Shown in pieces: positions 27,557 through 41,339 of a stretch of 64,000 nt of DNA (position 1 is the stretch's first letter; every line of letters begins with the position of its first letter). The notes beneath the pieces were generated by a model. The model saw nothing but the letters and a program-made list of their open reading frames with translations. It did not search any database and was not told the origin of the DNA. Position numbers and translations under genes: made by a program. The stretch is from contig NC_043005.1 of NCBI RefSeq assembly GCF_006345805.1, forward strand, positions 71,920,001 to 71,984,000, read 5' to 3'. Source of the DNA: Octopus sinensis. Taxonomy: Eukaryota.

Positions 27557-28365
27557 TAGATATAGATATAGATATAGATATAGATAGATATAGATATAGA
27601 TAGATAGATATAGAGATATAGAGATAGATAGATATGTATGTATGTATACTTTACATAAATATATATATGTAAAGGCGTTATTTGGACCCTCCACATGTTC
27701 GTAAATATGACATGTGACATTTACAAAGCAGACAGTAACAAAAATGGACAAATACACAATATTACTGTGTCTCTGGACATTGCCCAGAGCAGACCTTAAT
27801 GTCAGCAGAAAATAAGGTCAACAGTGATGAGAGAGGTGGGGAGATGGAGAGAGAGGGGTGGAGGAGAGTGAAGGAATGTGTGGGAGAGGGGTGTTGGAGA
27901 AGATTAAATGGAAGCTGGGAGATGACACATCTCTATGATATGACACTGGGGCCTCAGTGGACAAAGAATGGTAAAGATGGCAAGGAGAGAGTGGCAGGGT
28001 GGGGTTGCTGCTGTTGATTGAAGACACTGTAATGGTGGTGTTTGTGGTGGTAGCATGGTGGTAGTAATAGTGGTGGCAGTGGAAGCCCTGGCTGTGATCA
28101 TAGTCATTGGAGTGGGAGAATCATCACAGTAGTAGTAGTAGATGGAGGAGGAGGAGCGGCTGCAGCTATGTGAAATGTTCAACCAATAGTTGCAGAAAAA
28201 GTTCTATAATGATGATGACGATGGTAAGGATTTCTTCTAGAGTAAAGGTGATGTTTGTGCTAAGGGATACTATTACTTGTGTGTGCATGTGTGTATGTGT
28301 GTGTTTGTGTGTGAGTGTGTATATGTATGTATGTAGGTATATGTGTATATATACGTATGCATGTA

Positions 28366-28437
<72 letters not shown>

Positions 28438-28764
28438 TATGTATGTATATTTGAAAAAATGAGTAGAGATGGGTTTTTGTGGGGGATAATTTTTATTTCA
28501 ATAATAATGTTTACAGTGAATGACTCTGATAATTTTTTTATATATATTTTTCGCTATTTAACATTTTTGCTATTTAAGCAACCAGTAAAACATACATTTT
28601 TCAGTTTGAAAACAGCTATTTGAAGCTTGAAACTCATACCAGAATCACTCAGGGTAAACATTATTAAAATAAAAATTATCGCCCCCACCTTAAGAGAAAG
28701 CCATCTCTACTCATTTTTTTTCAAATATATAATACTATACCAAGAATTTTCTTTTTATTATTCT

Positions 28765-28850
28765 ACTATGATGATGATGATGATGATGATGGTGGTAGTA
28801 GTAGTGGTGGTAGTGGTGGTGGTGGTGGTGGTGGTGGTGGTGGTGGTTTT
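28765..28850. repeat. (ATG)n/(GGT)n microsatellite
   Basis: Direct reading. Confidence 0.95.
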
Positions 28851-29819
28851 TAGGGACCACAACAATGACAGCAACAGTAATGACAATGATGAGGGCCATG
28901 AAGGTGGAATCTGTAAAAAGAGGGGTTGGGAGTAGGAGCGGCAGAGGATGAAAGAAGAAGGTGGAGAAGTAGAAAAAGAAGAAGAAATATGACATCAACA
29001 ACAACAACTTTGAAATATAAGACGTCAAATTAAAAAGCGAAAATAGCAAAAAAAAAATATCAATAAAGAGTATAACAAAATATACACACACAAAAAAATA
29101 TAGAAATATGAAAATAAACAGTGAGAATGAATTATGAAGGAAGAACAAGAATATGGCATTCGTTCTTTTGTAAACTTCATGTCAAATTAGTTTATTTACT
29201 TTATCTTTTTCCCAATGACATTCTCAAAAGTTCAGCAGAAAATATCAAAACCTTTCCAGGGAAATTCCACTTGCTCACTTCTGGAAATTATATTTCCCTT
29301 GCAGTATTGCACTTTAAATAACAATAGACGAAGGGAAAAAAGAAATTGTGGTTTTTTATTTTAAACACTTTGCTTATGAATTTAATAATAGAAAATGATA
29401 AATGATGATATCCTATGTCAAATTCAAGGGATTTTTTTTCATATCTTTATTGATTTCTTTTCATTTTTATCACACATGAACAATTTATCTATCTATCTAT
29501 CTATCTATTTATCTATTTATCTATCTCTCTATATACCTGTCTATCTATCTATTTATCTATCTATTTAGCTATCTGTCTATCTATCTATTTATCTGACTCT
29601 CTATCTATCCATCTATCTATCTATAGACATATACATATGTCTGTAATATATATATATATACATATTTATACACACACACACATATATGCATATGTGCATG
29701 TGTGATGTGTGTGTAAATATGAATATTATACTTACCTACCTATCAATCTATATCCATGATATATATATATATTTATATATATATAAAGTATGGTATATAA
29801 TAAGTATATGTGTGTGTAT

Positions 29820-30240
29820 AGGTGCAAGAGCGTCTGTGTGGTAAGTAGCTTGCTTATCAACCACAATTCTGGATTCAGTCCCACTGTGTGGCAACTTGGG
29901 CAAGTGCCTTCTACTATAGCCTCGGGCTGACCAAAGTCTTGTGAGTGGATTTGGCAGACAAAAACTGAAAGAATCCTGTTGTATATATATGTATATGTGT
30001 GTGTGTGTGTATGTATGTGTGTGTGCGTCAGTGTGTGTTTGTGCATCTGTTCCCCCATCATTGCTTGACAACCAATGTTGGTATGTTTACGTTCCCGTAA
30101 CTTAGTGGTACAGCAAAAGAGACCAATCGAATAAGTACTAGGCTTCCAAAGAATAAGTCCTGGGATTGATTTGTTTGACTAAAGGCGGTGCTCCAGCATG
30201 GCTGCAGTCAAATAACTGAAGCAAATAAAAGAATAAAAGA
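29820..30240 (+). mobile_element. SINE family A, full length
   Basis: Head, core and tail as in other copies. Confidence 0.9.
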
Positions 30241-30263
30241 ATTTATATATATATATATGTATG

Positions 30264-30315
<52 letters not shown>

Positions 30316-30395
30316 ATAATTGCAGAGTGGAAGGTGTTTGTAAGCCATTAAGAACACACAAAAGCCATTCGATTCACTTCAACATTTAAGTTTAA

Positions 30396-30444
30396 TTTGT
30401 CAAATATTTTCGTCGCTAAAATCCGCGACCTGTTCACTGACAAA
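30396..30444 (-). ncRNA. Candidate minimal type I hammerhead ribozyme with G3-C8 core variant, probably part of a Penelope-like terminal repeat (~30320-30470)
   Basis: Minus strand TTTGTCA-GTGAACA-G-GTCGC-GGATTTTA-GCGAC-GAA-AATATT-TGACAAA: 7-bp stem I, core G3UGAAC8A, 5-bp stem II, GAAA, palindromic 1-bp stem III. Confidence 0.5.
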
Positions 30445-30545
30445 AATCCATGCTGCATCTGAGAAAGTAACAGTTAGTTTGTCATATATATGTACGTATG
30501 TATGTATGTGTGTATGTATGTATACACACATATATATATATGTAT

Positions 30546-30578
<33 letters not shown>

Positions 30579-31309
30579 GGGAGAGAGAGAGAGAGAGAGT
30601 TATGATATATATACATATAATAAGCATGGATACATACACACACACACACATATATTATAGATGGGATCTATCTATCCATTTATCTATACACACATACACT
30701 CATGCAGAATGTGTTCATGTATGTATAACATGAACATATAAAATTTTTCATAGCTTTTTAATAAATCCTTCCACCTAAAAAAATATTATAAGATGCTTCC
30801 TGTGTTTTATTTAGTATTTTTTTTAAATATACACATACTTGTTACAAATCACACAATTTTGTTTGAGAATTGGAAGAGGAAAAACAAAGTTAAAAACAAA
30901 AAAGAACAGATTTAAAAGTTAAATAATTAACTAAAATGTTTAATTCGGAAATAAACTTTAAGGGTTTTTTGTTGTTTTTTTAGTAGTAAAATACGAAAGG
31001 GAAATGTCATCATAGAACTTATTTCTTTTGGCATCAAATTCTAGAAGAGAAGCAAAAGAAAATTCCACCCAGCAGGCATTTGTTGTAAAAAATGTTAATA
31101 ACAATGGTGATGATAATGATGATGGGGATGAAGCTAATAATAATAATAATAATAATAATGATAATAATAATAATGATAATGTTTCATTTATTTGCCACCA
31201 GGGCAAAGGATGTGGGGGATAATATATAAATAAACACTTAAGTGTTGGGGTTTACATATAATGAAATGATAAAATAAATAACAAAAGAAGTAAGTATACA
31301 CAAGGAAAC

Positions 31310-31358
<49 letters not shown>

Positions 31359-31468
31359 TAATAAATAATTATAATAATAATAATAATAATAATTAATAAT
31401 TAATAATAATAATAAATAATTAATAATAATAATAACAATAATAATTAATAATAATAATGATAATAATT

Positions 31469-31534
<66 letters not shown>
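31310..31534. repeat. (AAT)n microsatellite, ~225 bp
   Basis: Direct reading. Confidence 0.95.
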
Positions 31535-31536
<2 letters not shown>

Positions 31537-32544
31537 GATGATAATTACAAATTTTGCTTCAAGGTGAGCAATTTCATTGAGAGTGTTAGACAGTTATCTT
31601 GATCCCAGTCTCAGTTAATACTTATATTGTTGAACTGAAAGGGGTAAAAGTTAAAACTGACCTCAGTGGAATTTGAACCCGGAATGTGAAGAGCCAGAAT
31701 AATGATGATGATGACAACGATAATGATAACTTCTTTTGATTTTTTAAAAATATCTTATTTCATTTTATTTTATTTATTAATTTTTTTTGTCATTTAGGCT
31801 CAGAGTCTGGCAGCTGGAGGGATAGATTTAGGTTAAATTAATCTCACTATTTGACTGGTGTTTTACATTACCACATACACACATGCAGAGGCATACACAC
31901 ACACGTATACTTATATACATATCATTTTACATCATGTCTTAATACATGGATGTAACTATGCTGTACATGTACACCAACAGACACAAATAGTCACAGACAC
32001 AATGAGTGAGACAGAAAGAGAGATACTACTTCGATATACAACTAACAATATTGCTTTGTGTTAAAAGAAGAGATTAGCAAGAGAGAAAAAAAATTCATCT
32101 TACAGTTGCCTTAAATTACATATTTTAAAATAAATAACAGATAAAAACGCAGGAGAAAATGAAAAACGAAGCTTGCTATAGCTAGCTTAAGTGTTAAAAC
32201 TATTTCAAGCGGAAGATAAGTGTTCTTGGGATCGATTGTGCTATAAGATCAAGAGTGAGTCATATTCAATTTGGCATTTACAATTTGGTGGTTCTACAAT
32301 AGCTACTTTTAGAATTTCCATTCTTACAGAAAGCACTTTTGACCAATAACTTAAATATTATTTGACTTTATTGGGCTATATTAGCTTGTTTTTGTGGGGT
32401 TTTTTAAGTTAAAATTTTTGAAATGTGTGTTTGATGCAAGAGTTTTTGATGTTCAACAGATTTTATTTATCATATACTATTGTTTTGTTTTATTTTATTA
32501 TGTTTTATCTATGTCATTTCATGATGAGATGGAATTTACTAATT

Positions 32545-32875
32545 AAGTGAGAGGAAGTGAAAGAAAACAAAGAGATAGTGAAGGAGAGAGTAAGAGAAAA
32601 AGTGAGAGAGAAGGAGAGAGAAAGAGAAAGAGAGATAGAAATCTAGGAGGAAAGAGTAGAAGAGAAAATGAGATGGATAGTGATGGGGAGAGAATGATAT
32701 TGTGAATGAAGTTTTAAAAGAAAAAGTAGTGGGGAAGAAAGAAAGTGATACTAATAGAGAGAAAAAGAAGCAGTAAGAGAGAGTGGAGGAGAGAGTAAGA
32801 GAGAATAATAGTGAAGGAGAAAGAAAGAAAGAAAGAAAGAAGAGATAGCAAGGGGAAGAGAGAAAGAGGAAATAT
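32545..32875. repeat. GA-rich low-complexity polypurine tract
   Basis: Direct reading. Confidence 0.85.
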
Positions 32876-33659
32876 GTTAAAATAAGATATTATTGTCTAG
32901 TATTGTTTCATATTATAATTTGATTCTCATCTCGGATGCTTTAGGAAAATATTAAATTGACTCAGTATTTCATTGATACATAATTTTATCAACCCTGAAG
33001 GGAAGAAAATGTAAAATTGATCTTAGCAGGATTTGAAATCAGAACATAAGAGTCCATGACACTATATACCTCATAGTGGTTTATCAAAAGATCTAATAAT
33101 TCTGTGAATCCACTGTCCTGCAGGAATTTATCTTATAATAATTACTTTTAGTGATGAAGTGACAGAGAGTAAGTACAAGAAAAAAATATAGAGATGGAGA
33201 GAAGAGGAAGAGAGAGTATGAGACAGAGAGAGTGAAGAGAGGAATGTATGGTAAAATTACAAAAAGAATATATTAAAATGTCAGGATTTTCATATAATAA
33301 CAATCACTTTTTACTTGTCTACATTTTTTCTATAATAAATCTCAAGGTAAATAAAAACCAATACAACATTGTATATTGTTATTTTCTATCTTCTAGCGTT
33401 AGTTTTTAATGAGAATAGGGAGTTGATAGTAAATGGAGAGTATTAGACTTTAGGGAATAAATGGCTTTTAGTAGGAAGAAAACGAAATAAATATTAATAA
33501 TAATAGATGGATCGTGGAATTACTTGTTCACAAGAATATGGTGATAGGGCACTTAAAATTAAGAACTCAATGTGCTATATTTGAGTGAGAATGTGTTTTT
33601 CATTAAAAACAATGAGTCTGATCAAATGTATTTTGTGAGTCTCATTGTTATTAATAAAA

Positions 33660-33880
33660 CATCATCATCATCGTTTTAACAACCACATTGACCTCCTTTC
33701 ATGGGTCAGATGGAGTTTATTGAAGCAGATTTCCTATGACTAGGTGTCACTCCTGTCATTGCCTGTTTCCAACACTTACCAGTTTCCAAACAAGGTAATA
33801 TTTCCCCATGGTCAGACACGTTTTTTGCCAAATATTAGAAATGAATGATGTTCATTTACAAGTGATGTTAAGACAAGGAA
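33660..33880 (-). mobile_element. RTE-LINE 3' end variant (family C)
   Basis: (CAT)n CGTTTTAAC...CCAAACAAGGTAATATTTCCCCATGGTCAGACACGTTTT; related to 48200 and 61470. Confidence 0.65.
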
Positions 33881-34546
33881 ACACAAACACTCACTCACAC
33901 ACACACACACCACACACATACATACATACATACATACATATATGCATGCATACATACATACGTACATACATACATACATACGTACTCATTGGTTGTAGCT
34001 AGAATGTGAACTGGAGTAGCCCTTCTTTGCCCACTCCCACAGCCACCTCTGAATAGGTTAAAATATACAACATTCTCAAAAGTGCCGCCCTCAGATAAAA
34101 GTACCTCCCTTCCCAAGCAGACTGCCCTCATCCTTCCCCTCCTGGGTCAGCTGCTGCAACTCCTGACTGGTGATGCGTTTCATTAAGCTCAAACATAAAA
34201 GGAGCAAATTTGATTTCAGCAGGATTTGAACTCAGAACATAAAGGCATAAAACTAAAAATTGCAAATATTTTGATTCTGCCATCTGTGCATTTTTTCTAA
34301 AGTAATTTTACCCACTTACTTTTTGCTCAATCCTCTCTCCCCCATCAATTTCCTCTCTCAGTTGCTTCATCAGTAAAATCCTTTGTAAGCTGGCATGACA
34401 TTGACAGAACAAAGGAAATACTGTTGTATTTCAAATCGTTTTTATCAGTTTTTGCGATATGTAATTTAAGATGACAAAATGACTTTGCCTTCTTAAGCAT
34501 TTCTTTTAACACAATGCAATATTATATGGTGCATATGTGTGTGTGT

Positions 34547-34587
<41 letters not shown>

Positions 34588-34955
34588 ATAGATACAAACG
34601 TGCGTAAATAATGTTAGTGTGTGCAAAAATAAATATACTACTGGGTAGATGTTGGCAAGATTCAAACATACACATGTGTATGTGTGTGCGTGTGTGTGTG
34701 TCTGTGTGTCCTCTAGAAATTTAATACATGCATGTATTAAATTTGTAAAGGGGATTAATCATATTTCTAGCCTTTTGAGAAAATAAACTCCAAGGTTAAA
34801 CTTGATTACAACTTGCTCGACAAATTTAATCTCAAATAGAGTGTGCTCCAGTATATATATATATATATAATATATATATATATATAATATATATATATAC
34901 ATATATGTATGCATGTATATATATATACATACATATATATATGTATGTGTATATA

Positions 34956-35064
<109 letters not shown>

Positions 35065-35249
35065 GTATGTATATATATATGTATGTATCTATGTATGTAT
35101 ATGTGTGTATGTATATTATGTGCAGCCCCTCAGCTTGCCAGGCCTGGTCAAACTGTTCAACCCATGCCAGCAAGGACAATAGACGTTAATTGATGATGAT
35201 GATGATAATGATGATATGTATGTGTGAGTGATGATATGTGTGTGTGTAT

Positions 35250-35624
35250 GCACTGGCTGTGTGGTAAGAAGTTTGCTTCCCAACCACATGGCTACAGGTT
35301 CAGTTCCACTGCATAGCATACTGTGCATCTTCTACTGTTGCCCTGAGTTCACCAAAGCCTTGTGAGTAGATTTGGTAAACAGAAACTGAAAGAAGCCCAT
35401 TGTGAACAAATGTGTAATATTTGTGTGTGGGGTGGTCTTTGTGTGTGTCTTCAACCACTACTTGACAACTGGTGTTACTTTGTTTACGTCCTTGTGTCTC
35501 AATAGTTCAGTAAAAGAGTGTGATAGAAATACTGCCGGGCTTAAGACATCATGAGTTCACTCAACTAAAACTCTTTACGGCAATGCCCCAAGAGGGCTAC
35601 TGTCAAATGACTGAAGCAGGTTAA

Positions 35625-35625
<1 letters not shown>
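35250..35625 (+). mobile_element. SINE family A, diverged full length
   Basis: GGCTGTGTGGTAAGAAGTTTGC...GTCAAATGACTGAAGCAGG. Confidence 0.85.
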
Positions 35626-35673
<48 letters not shown>

Positions 35674-35674
35674 G

Positions 35675-35869
35675 CCACAGGAGTAGCTGTGTGGTAAGAA
35701 GCTTGCTTACCAACAACATGGTTCCGGGATCAGTCGCACTGCATGGCTCTTGGGCAAGTGTCTTATACTATAGCCTCAGGCCGACCAAAGCCTTCTGAGT
35801 GGATTTGGTAGACAAAAACTGAAAGAAGCCCATTGTCTATATATACATATATATATATATCTATATATA

Positions 35870-35913
<44 letters not shown>

Positions 35914-36125
35914 TGAGTGTCTGTGTTTATCCCCCTACCATCACTTGACAACCGATGTTAGAGTGTTTACATCCCTGTAACATAGCAATTCAGCAAAAGA
36001 GACCAACTATAAAATAAGTACTAGACTTACAAAGAATAAATCCTGGGGTCGATTTGTTCAACTAAAGGCAGTGCTCCAGCATGGCTGCAGTCAAATGACT
36101 GAAACAAGTAAAAGAATAAAAGAAT
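35675..36125 (+). mobile_element. SINE family A, full length
   Basis: Head, core and tail as in other copies. Confidence 0.9.
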
Positions 36126-36554
36126 CCATATATACAGACATGCCTATGCACATATGTAGATTCACAGATACATACATGCTGACATAAACATAATACATGC
36201 TCTTTTGACAATACAGCAGATGTTTTCTAAATTATTAAAATGTTTTTCTTATTTTCAAATGACCTTATGACTTGTTTGCAAAGTTCCAAAATATCAACAA
36301 TGTCTCCAGACCTTCATGTTTCATGTTTTTCTTTACTTTACATTTGACAAACATATGTATTCTTGTATTTCACCGATTCATTTCTTGGGGTGTAGGTATA
36401 CTGGAGTATCACAATGTTGGTGGTCGGGTGTGGTTGATCCAATCTGACCATGTACTTGGCTGTTATTTTATTTGATGAGAGTTAAAGCTGACTTTAGTGG
36501 AATTTTAACTCGGAATGTAAATGCATGTAACAGGCGCAGGAATGTAAACACATG

Positions 36555-36729
36555 TATAGGCGTAGGAATGGCTGTGTGGTAAGTAGCTTGCTTACCTCCC
36601 ACATGGTTCCAGGTTTATTCCAACTGCGTGGCACCTTGGGCAAGTGTCTTCTACTATAGCCTCGGACCAACCAAAGCTTTGTGAGTGGATTTGGTAGATG
36701 GAAACTGAAAGAAGCCCGTTGTATATATG

Positions 36730-36773
<44 letters not shown>

Positions 36774-36957
36774 TGTCTCTGTTTGTCCCCCAACATCGCC
36801 TGACAACCGATGCTGGTGTATTTGCGTCCCCGTAACTTAGCGGTTTGGCAAAAGAGATCGATAGAATAAGTACTAGGCTTACAAAGAATAAGTCCTGGGG
36901 TTGATTTGCTTGACTAAAGGTGGTGCTCCAGCATGGCCGCAATCAAATGACTGAAAC
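36555..36957 (+). mobile_element. SINE family A, full length
   Basis: Head, core and tail as in other copies. Confidence 0.9.
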
Positions 36958-36985
36958 CCTTACACATGCACACACACAAACACAC

Positions 36986-37320
36986 ATCATCATCATTTAA
37001 CATCCATTCTCCATGCTGGCATGGGTTACACAGTTTGACTGAGAATTGGTAAGTTGGGCAGCTACTCCAGATTCCAATCTGATTTGACATGTTTTCTATA
37101 ACTGGATGCCCTTCCTAATGTCAACCACTCCGATAGTGTAGTGGGTGCTTTTTACATGTCACTGGCACAGGTGCCAGTCATGAAACACCGGCATCGAACC
37201 CGACTATGATCTTACTTGGCTTGATAGGTCTTCTCAAGCACAGAATATCACCAAAGGTCTTGGTTTCTTGTCCCTGCCTCTATGAGGCCCAAAGTTTAAA
37301 GGACTGGTAGCCCAAAGTCA
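36986..37320 (-). mobile_element. RTE-LINE 3' end (family C)
   Basis: (CAT)n TTAACATCCATTCTCCATGCTGGCATGGG...CTGGATGCCCTTCCTAATGTCAACCAC. Confidence 0.85.
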
Positions 37321-38054
37321 TGAGAATGCTAATAATTTACTTATATTCTATTCAAAATTTACAACATCTTGGAATCATATGTATGTTTGTGTGTGAGTGT
37401 GTGTGTGTTATTAGTAACATTGGCACAAGGCCTGAGACTTAAAAAAAATTGGATATTGGTAATTAACTTCACAAATTAGTATCAGTGAAAGCATCAACAA
37501 TTTTGTTTAAGTTCATATGCAGCAAGTAAATATGAACACTAATACTTTGAGCAAAAGCCTCCTCTTTATTTCTATATTTTATGACAGTGCTGTTTCATGT
37601 ACTCTAGGAGGAGATAATGTAAAATGAACCTCAGCAAGATTTGAACTTCAAATATAAGAGAATGTAACCGATTATTAAAAGCATTTAATCCACGGTTCCA
37701 TTAATTCTGTCAGTTTTCTAATCAAGCCTATGGAATATAAGACATCTCTGAATTCAGTTCTTACATCTGTTATTACATCATTGCTTTTAATTATGCTTAA
37801 TTACCTTGTTTGCTTTAGTCAAACAGAATTAGATACTAAATACACAGCAATCCTTTTCTACAGTTTAGCAATTTAGCATGGAGAGATGATGTTAAACGAA
37901 TTCATTCACAAATCAGATTGTTTCAAAGAGAGTTTATTCTTATCTCAGGATTCTATAGAGCTGAATGCATGTGAGAGACAAATATCATACCAGGAAACAA
38001 TGAATGTAAATGGAGGTAAATTTCCTCAGAGATAGCTAAGTTAGATAAGTTAAT

Positions 38055-38288
38055 ATGCTATCAGTAGAATTTAGCGTTAACATTTCCATCAAAGATGTTT
38101 GTACTAACATCTACTTGGAGGGAGAAATTGAAACTACCAAGGATTTTCAAATTTATTTGCTCGGCACTGTCATAAAATATAGAACTAAAGAGGAGGCTTT
38201 TGCTCAAAGTATCGGTGGTCATATTTACTTGCGGCATATGAACTTAAACAAAATTGTCGATGTTTTCACTGATACTAATTTAAGTTAA
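38055..38288 (+). pseudogene. Possible LINE RT remnant (thumb region)
   Basis: ORF NISIKDVCTNIYLEGEIETTKDFQIYLLGTVI loosely resembles LINE NxxKTKVM...GExIExVxxFxYLGSxI; weak. Confidence 0.35.
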
Positions 38289-40289
38289 AGCCTTTCTGTA
38301 TAACCATAAATAGATAATCTTCTGCTGCGGAATTCTCCAGTCACTTCAAACACATAATCAGAAATATATATGCATACGCACACACACACATATATATATT
38401 CAATTAGAGGTTAAGTTAACCTCGTGAAGGGATGGTTTCATCCAAGGAAATACTGGTTTAATACGTATTTTGGGGGAATTCATTTCCTTAAAATAATACG
38501 TATATATGAAAAGATGTAGTTTATATTCTTTAGTATTTCAAGATATTTTTATGTAATTTTGATAAATATATCTGTTAAAATGAAATGTCAGTGTTATTTT
38601 CATTTTTGCATAATTTAGATGACAGTTTATTCACTGCACCCTGTATATTTACATATGTATAAGGTAGACTCTCCTGTTGTAAATGACTGATGAAGGCTCC
38701 ACACCTTCATGTCTTTACTTTGATTATTAAGTTTAGTACTGGTTTGCTGAGTAGCAATCTTGAGTAGGTTTCTGGTTTTTATTGTGGGAAGCAAACCCTA
38801 CCTAGCTATGTGCTGTATATCTAATCTATCTCTCTACGTGTGTGGAGCTTATATATATATCTATATATATATGTATGTTTATGGAGAGAGAGAGAGAAAG
38901 AGGGATACACACATATATACACACACATCAATAAGGAGAAATTTGATTATTTTAGCGAATCACTTCGAATTCTTGATTATTTTTGAAAATAAATGGAGAC
39001 ACAGGCAGAGGATCGTATTTAAAGATATAATCAAGGAAGGGAGTTAATCACTCAACAAGTTCATTATAATCATTGGAAGGGAGTTAATTGCTTAACACGT
39101 CCTCTGTAAACGCTCGATTTTAATTCTAATGTATTTAGAATGAATAAACAAATAAATAAATAATAAATTAATTAATACTTCACTTCTTTCTTGTACAATT
39201 TTTTAAAAAATAATTGTTTATTTCTATAACAAAAAAAATTTTGAAGATACAAAATAGAAACAACACAACAAAAAGTCACTAGATTTAATTTTGCCAATTT
39301 TACAAAGAGCGTGCATAACTTCAACATCAGCCTAGGAATCTTGGAATTTTCAACCAATTATTTAGAAAACGCTATTCGATTCATAGACCTCCCGCTTCCA
39401 TTGCTCTCTGTTTCTTGTTCATAGGTGTCAGGACTGTAAAAGTTGTTGCTCCTTTTCTTTTTTCATTTTGTTTTTTCTTCCAATTAATTTATTTATTCGT
39501 TAAAAAAAATTTTTTTTTTCAATGGCAGAGTGAAATAATGTGATGGAAAGTATTTATCATTAGTGGAAATCACTTTATTGTTTTGTGGGAGTGGAGAGAG
39601 AGAGTAAAAAAAAATATTAAATTTAAAATAAAAATATTTGAGAAATGTGGCGATAATAATGTGTGTATGTATGCAAAAAAAATCTATATCAATGGTTATA
39701 TGTGTATAAATAAATGTGTGTGTGTGCATGAGAGAGACAGACAGACAGACAGAGTGTGGGTGTACGTGTGTTTGTGTGTGTATATGTGTGTATGCGTGTG
39801 TAGGAGTGTGCATATATGTCTGTTCATGTCTGGATGAATTTGTTTGCTTTGCTTGTTTTTATTTTTGTCTTTTTATTTTTTTTCCAACTTAATTCAATGA
39901 AAATTCAAATGAGAAAATAAGAAAATGAAAAAAACCAAAAAAGAAAACAATAATAACTAGTAAAACCAGTAGCAACAGTTACAGCCAAGTTAACTCAAGA
40001 TGGCAGTATTTGTAATAGTGAGGATTAACGAAGTCTTAACAGTTGTTTCGCTTATTTATTTATTTTTTTTTGCTTTTTATTCTGACAAGTGCGAAAGTCA
40101 GTTAGTCAAACTCAATACTTCTCCGGTACATGTAGCCTCATATAACACTGATTCCATTATCACTGATCTGAGATAACATAGTATGCTCAATTGTGAACCA
40201 CATTATGCTTATCAAGAACTAATCTGTGATAACACTGGTCTGCAATCAGTGAAGGATTTTATTTGTATCACAAAAGTGTCACCCAGTGA

Positions 40290-40422
40290 CCACACATTTG
40301 TTATACAAAAGTGCTCATGGTCCTAGGTTCAATCCCACTTTGGGCAAGTGTCTTCTACTATAGGTTCAAGCCAATCAAAGTTTTGTGAGTGGATGTGGTA
40401 GATGGAAACTGAAAGAAACCCG

Positions 40423-40489
<67 letters not shown>

Positions 40490-40715
40490 CTATGTGTATG
40501 TGTCTTTGTGTCTGTGCTTGTCCTCCAGCACTACTTTTCAACTGGTGTTGGTGTGTTTACATCCCCATAACTTGGTGATTCGGCAAAAGAGACTGATAGA
40601 ATAAATATCAGGCTTTAAAAATTAGGTCCTGGGGTTGATTTGTTCGACTGAAACCCTTCAAGGCAGTGCCTCAGCATGGCCACAGTCAAAAGTGACTGAA
40701 ACAAGTAAAAGATAC
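40290..40715 (+). mobile_element. SINE family A
   Basis: TTGGGCAAGTGTCTTCTACTATAG...GACTGAAACAAGTAAAAG. Confidence 0.85.
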
Positions 40716-40759
40716 AAGGGAAAAAATTGACCCAGATTACACTGAGTATTGCTTGTGTT

Positions 40760-41000
40760 TACATGGCCATGTAGTGAGGTAGCTTGTTTTTTTATATAGA
40801 TTTATATGCTTGTTGCTTTGAGCTGGTCCTTGTACCTTCGAAGAGGATAACCCCCCATGATTTTGTTTCCTAAAGTAATCTCTTTGAATAAGACTTGGTG
40901 TTGGAATCATGAGTTTGCCTTTCTTGTTATATGTCCTGACCATCAAAGATGAAGTTTCATGATTTTATTCAGTGAGCTCGCTTCAGGAAATATACCACAG
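40760..41000 (-). pseudogene. Decayed RTE-type LINE ORF2 C-terminus
   Basis: Minus strand KLHL*WSGHITRKANS*FQHQVLFKEITLGNKIMG/PLRRYKDQLKA matches RTE LRWxGHxxR...PKQxLxGEL..G.R..G.PxxRYKDxLK. Confidence 0.65.
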
Positions 41001-41134
41001 GGTTGCCCTCTTCAAAGATACAAAGACCAGAACAAAGCAACACTTTAAGCCAATAGAACTGAGCCTAAATCATTTGAAACACAAGCCTGAGACCATATCA
41101 AAGGAACCACAAACTTAAAAAGCCATCAGAAGAG

Positions 41135-41304
41135 GTGTAGGAGTGGCTGTGTGGTAAGTAGCTTACTTACCAACCACATGGTTCCAGGTTCAGTCCCACT
41201 ATGTGGCACCTAGGGCAAGTGTCTTCTACTATAGCTTCAGGCTGACCAAAGCCTTGTGAGTGGATTTGATAGACGGAAACTGAAAGAAGCCTGTTTTATA
41301 TATG

Positions 41305-41339
<35 letters not shown>

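Noticed and set aside
38686-38712. CTGATGA hammerhead-like core
   Set aside because: The core is sequestered in an ATGAAGG/CCTTCAT hairpin and no GAAA follows a stem II
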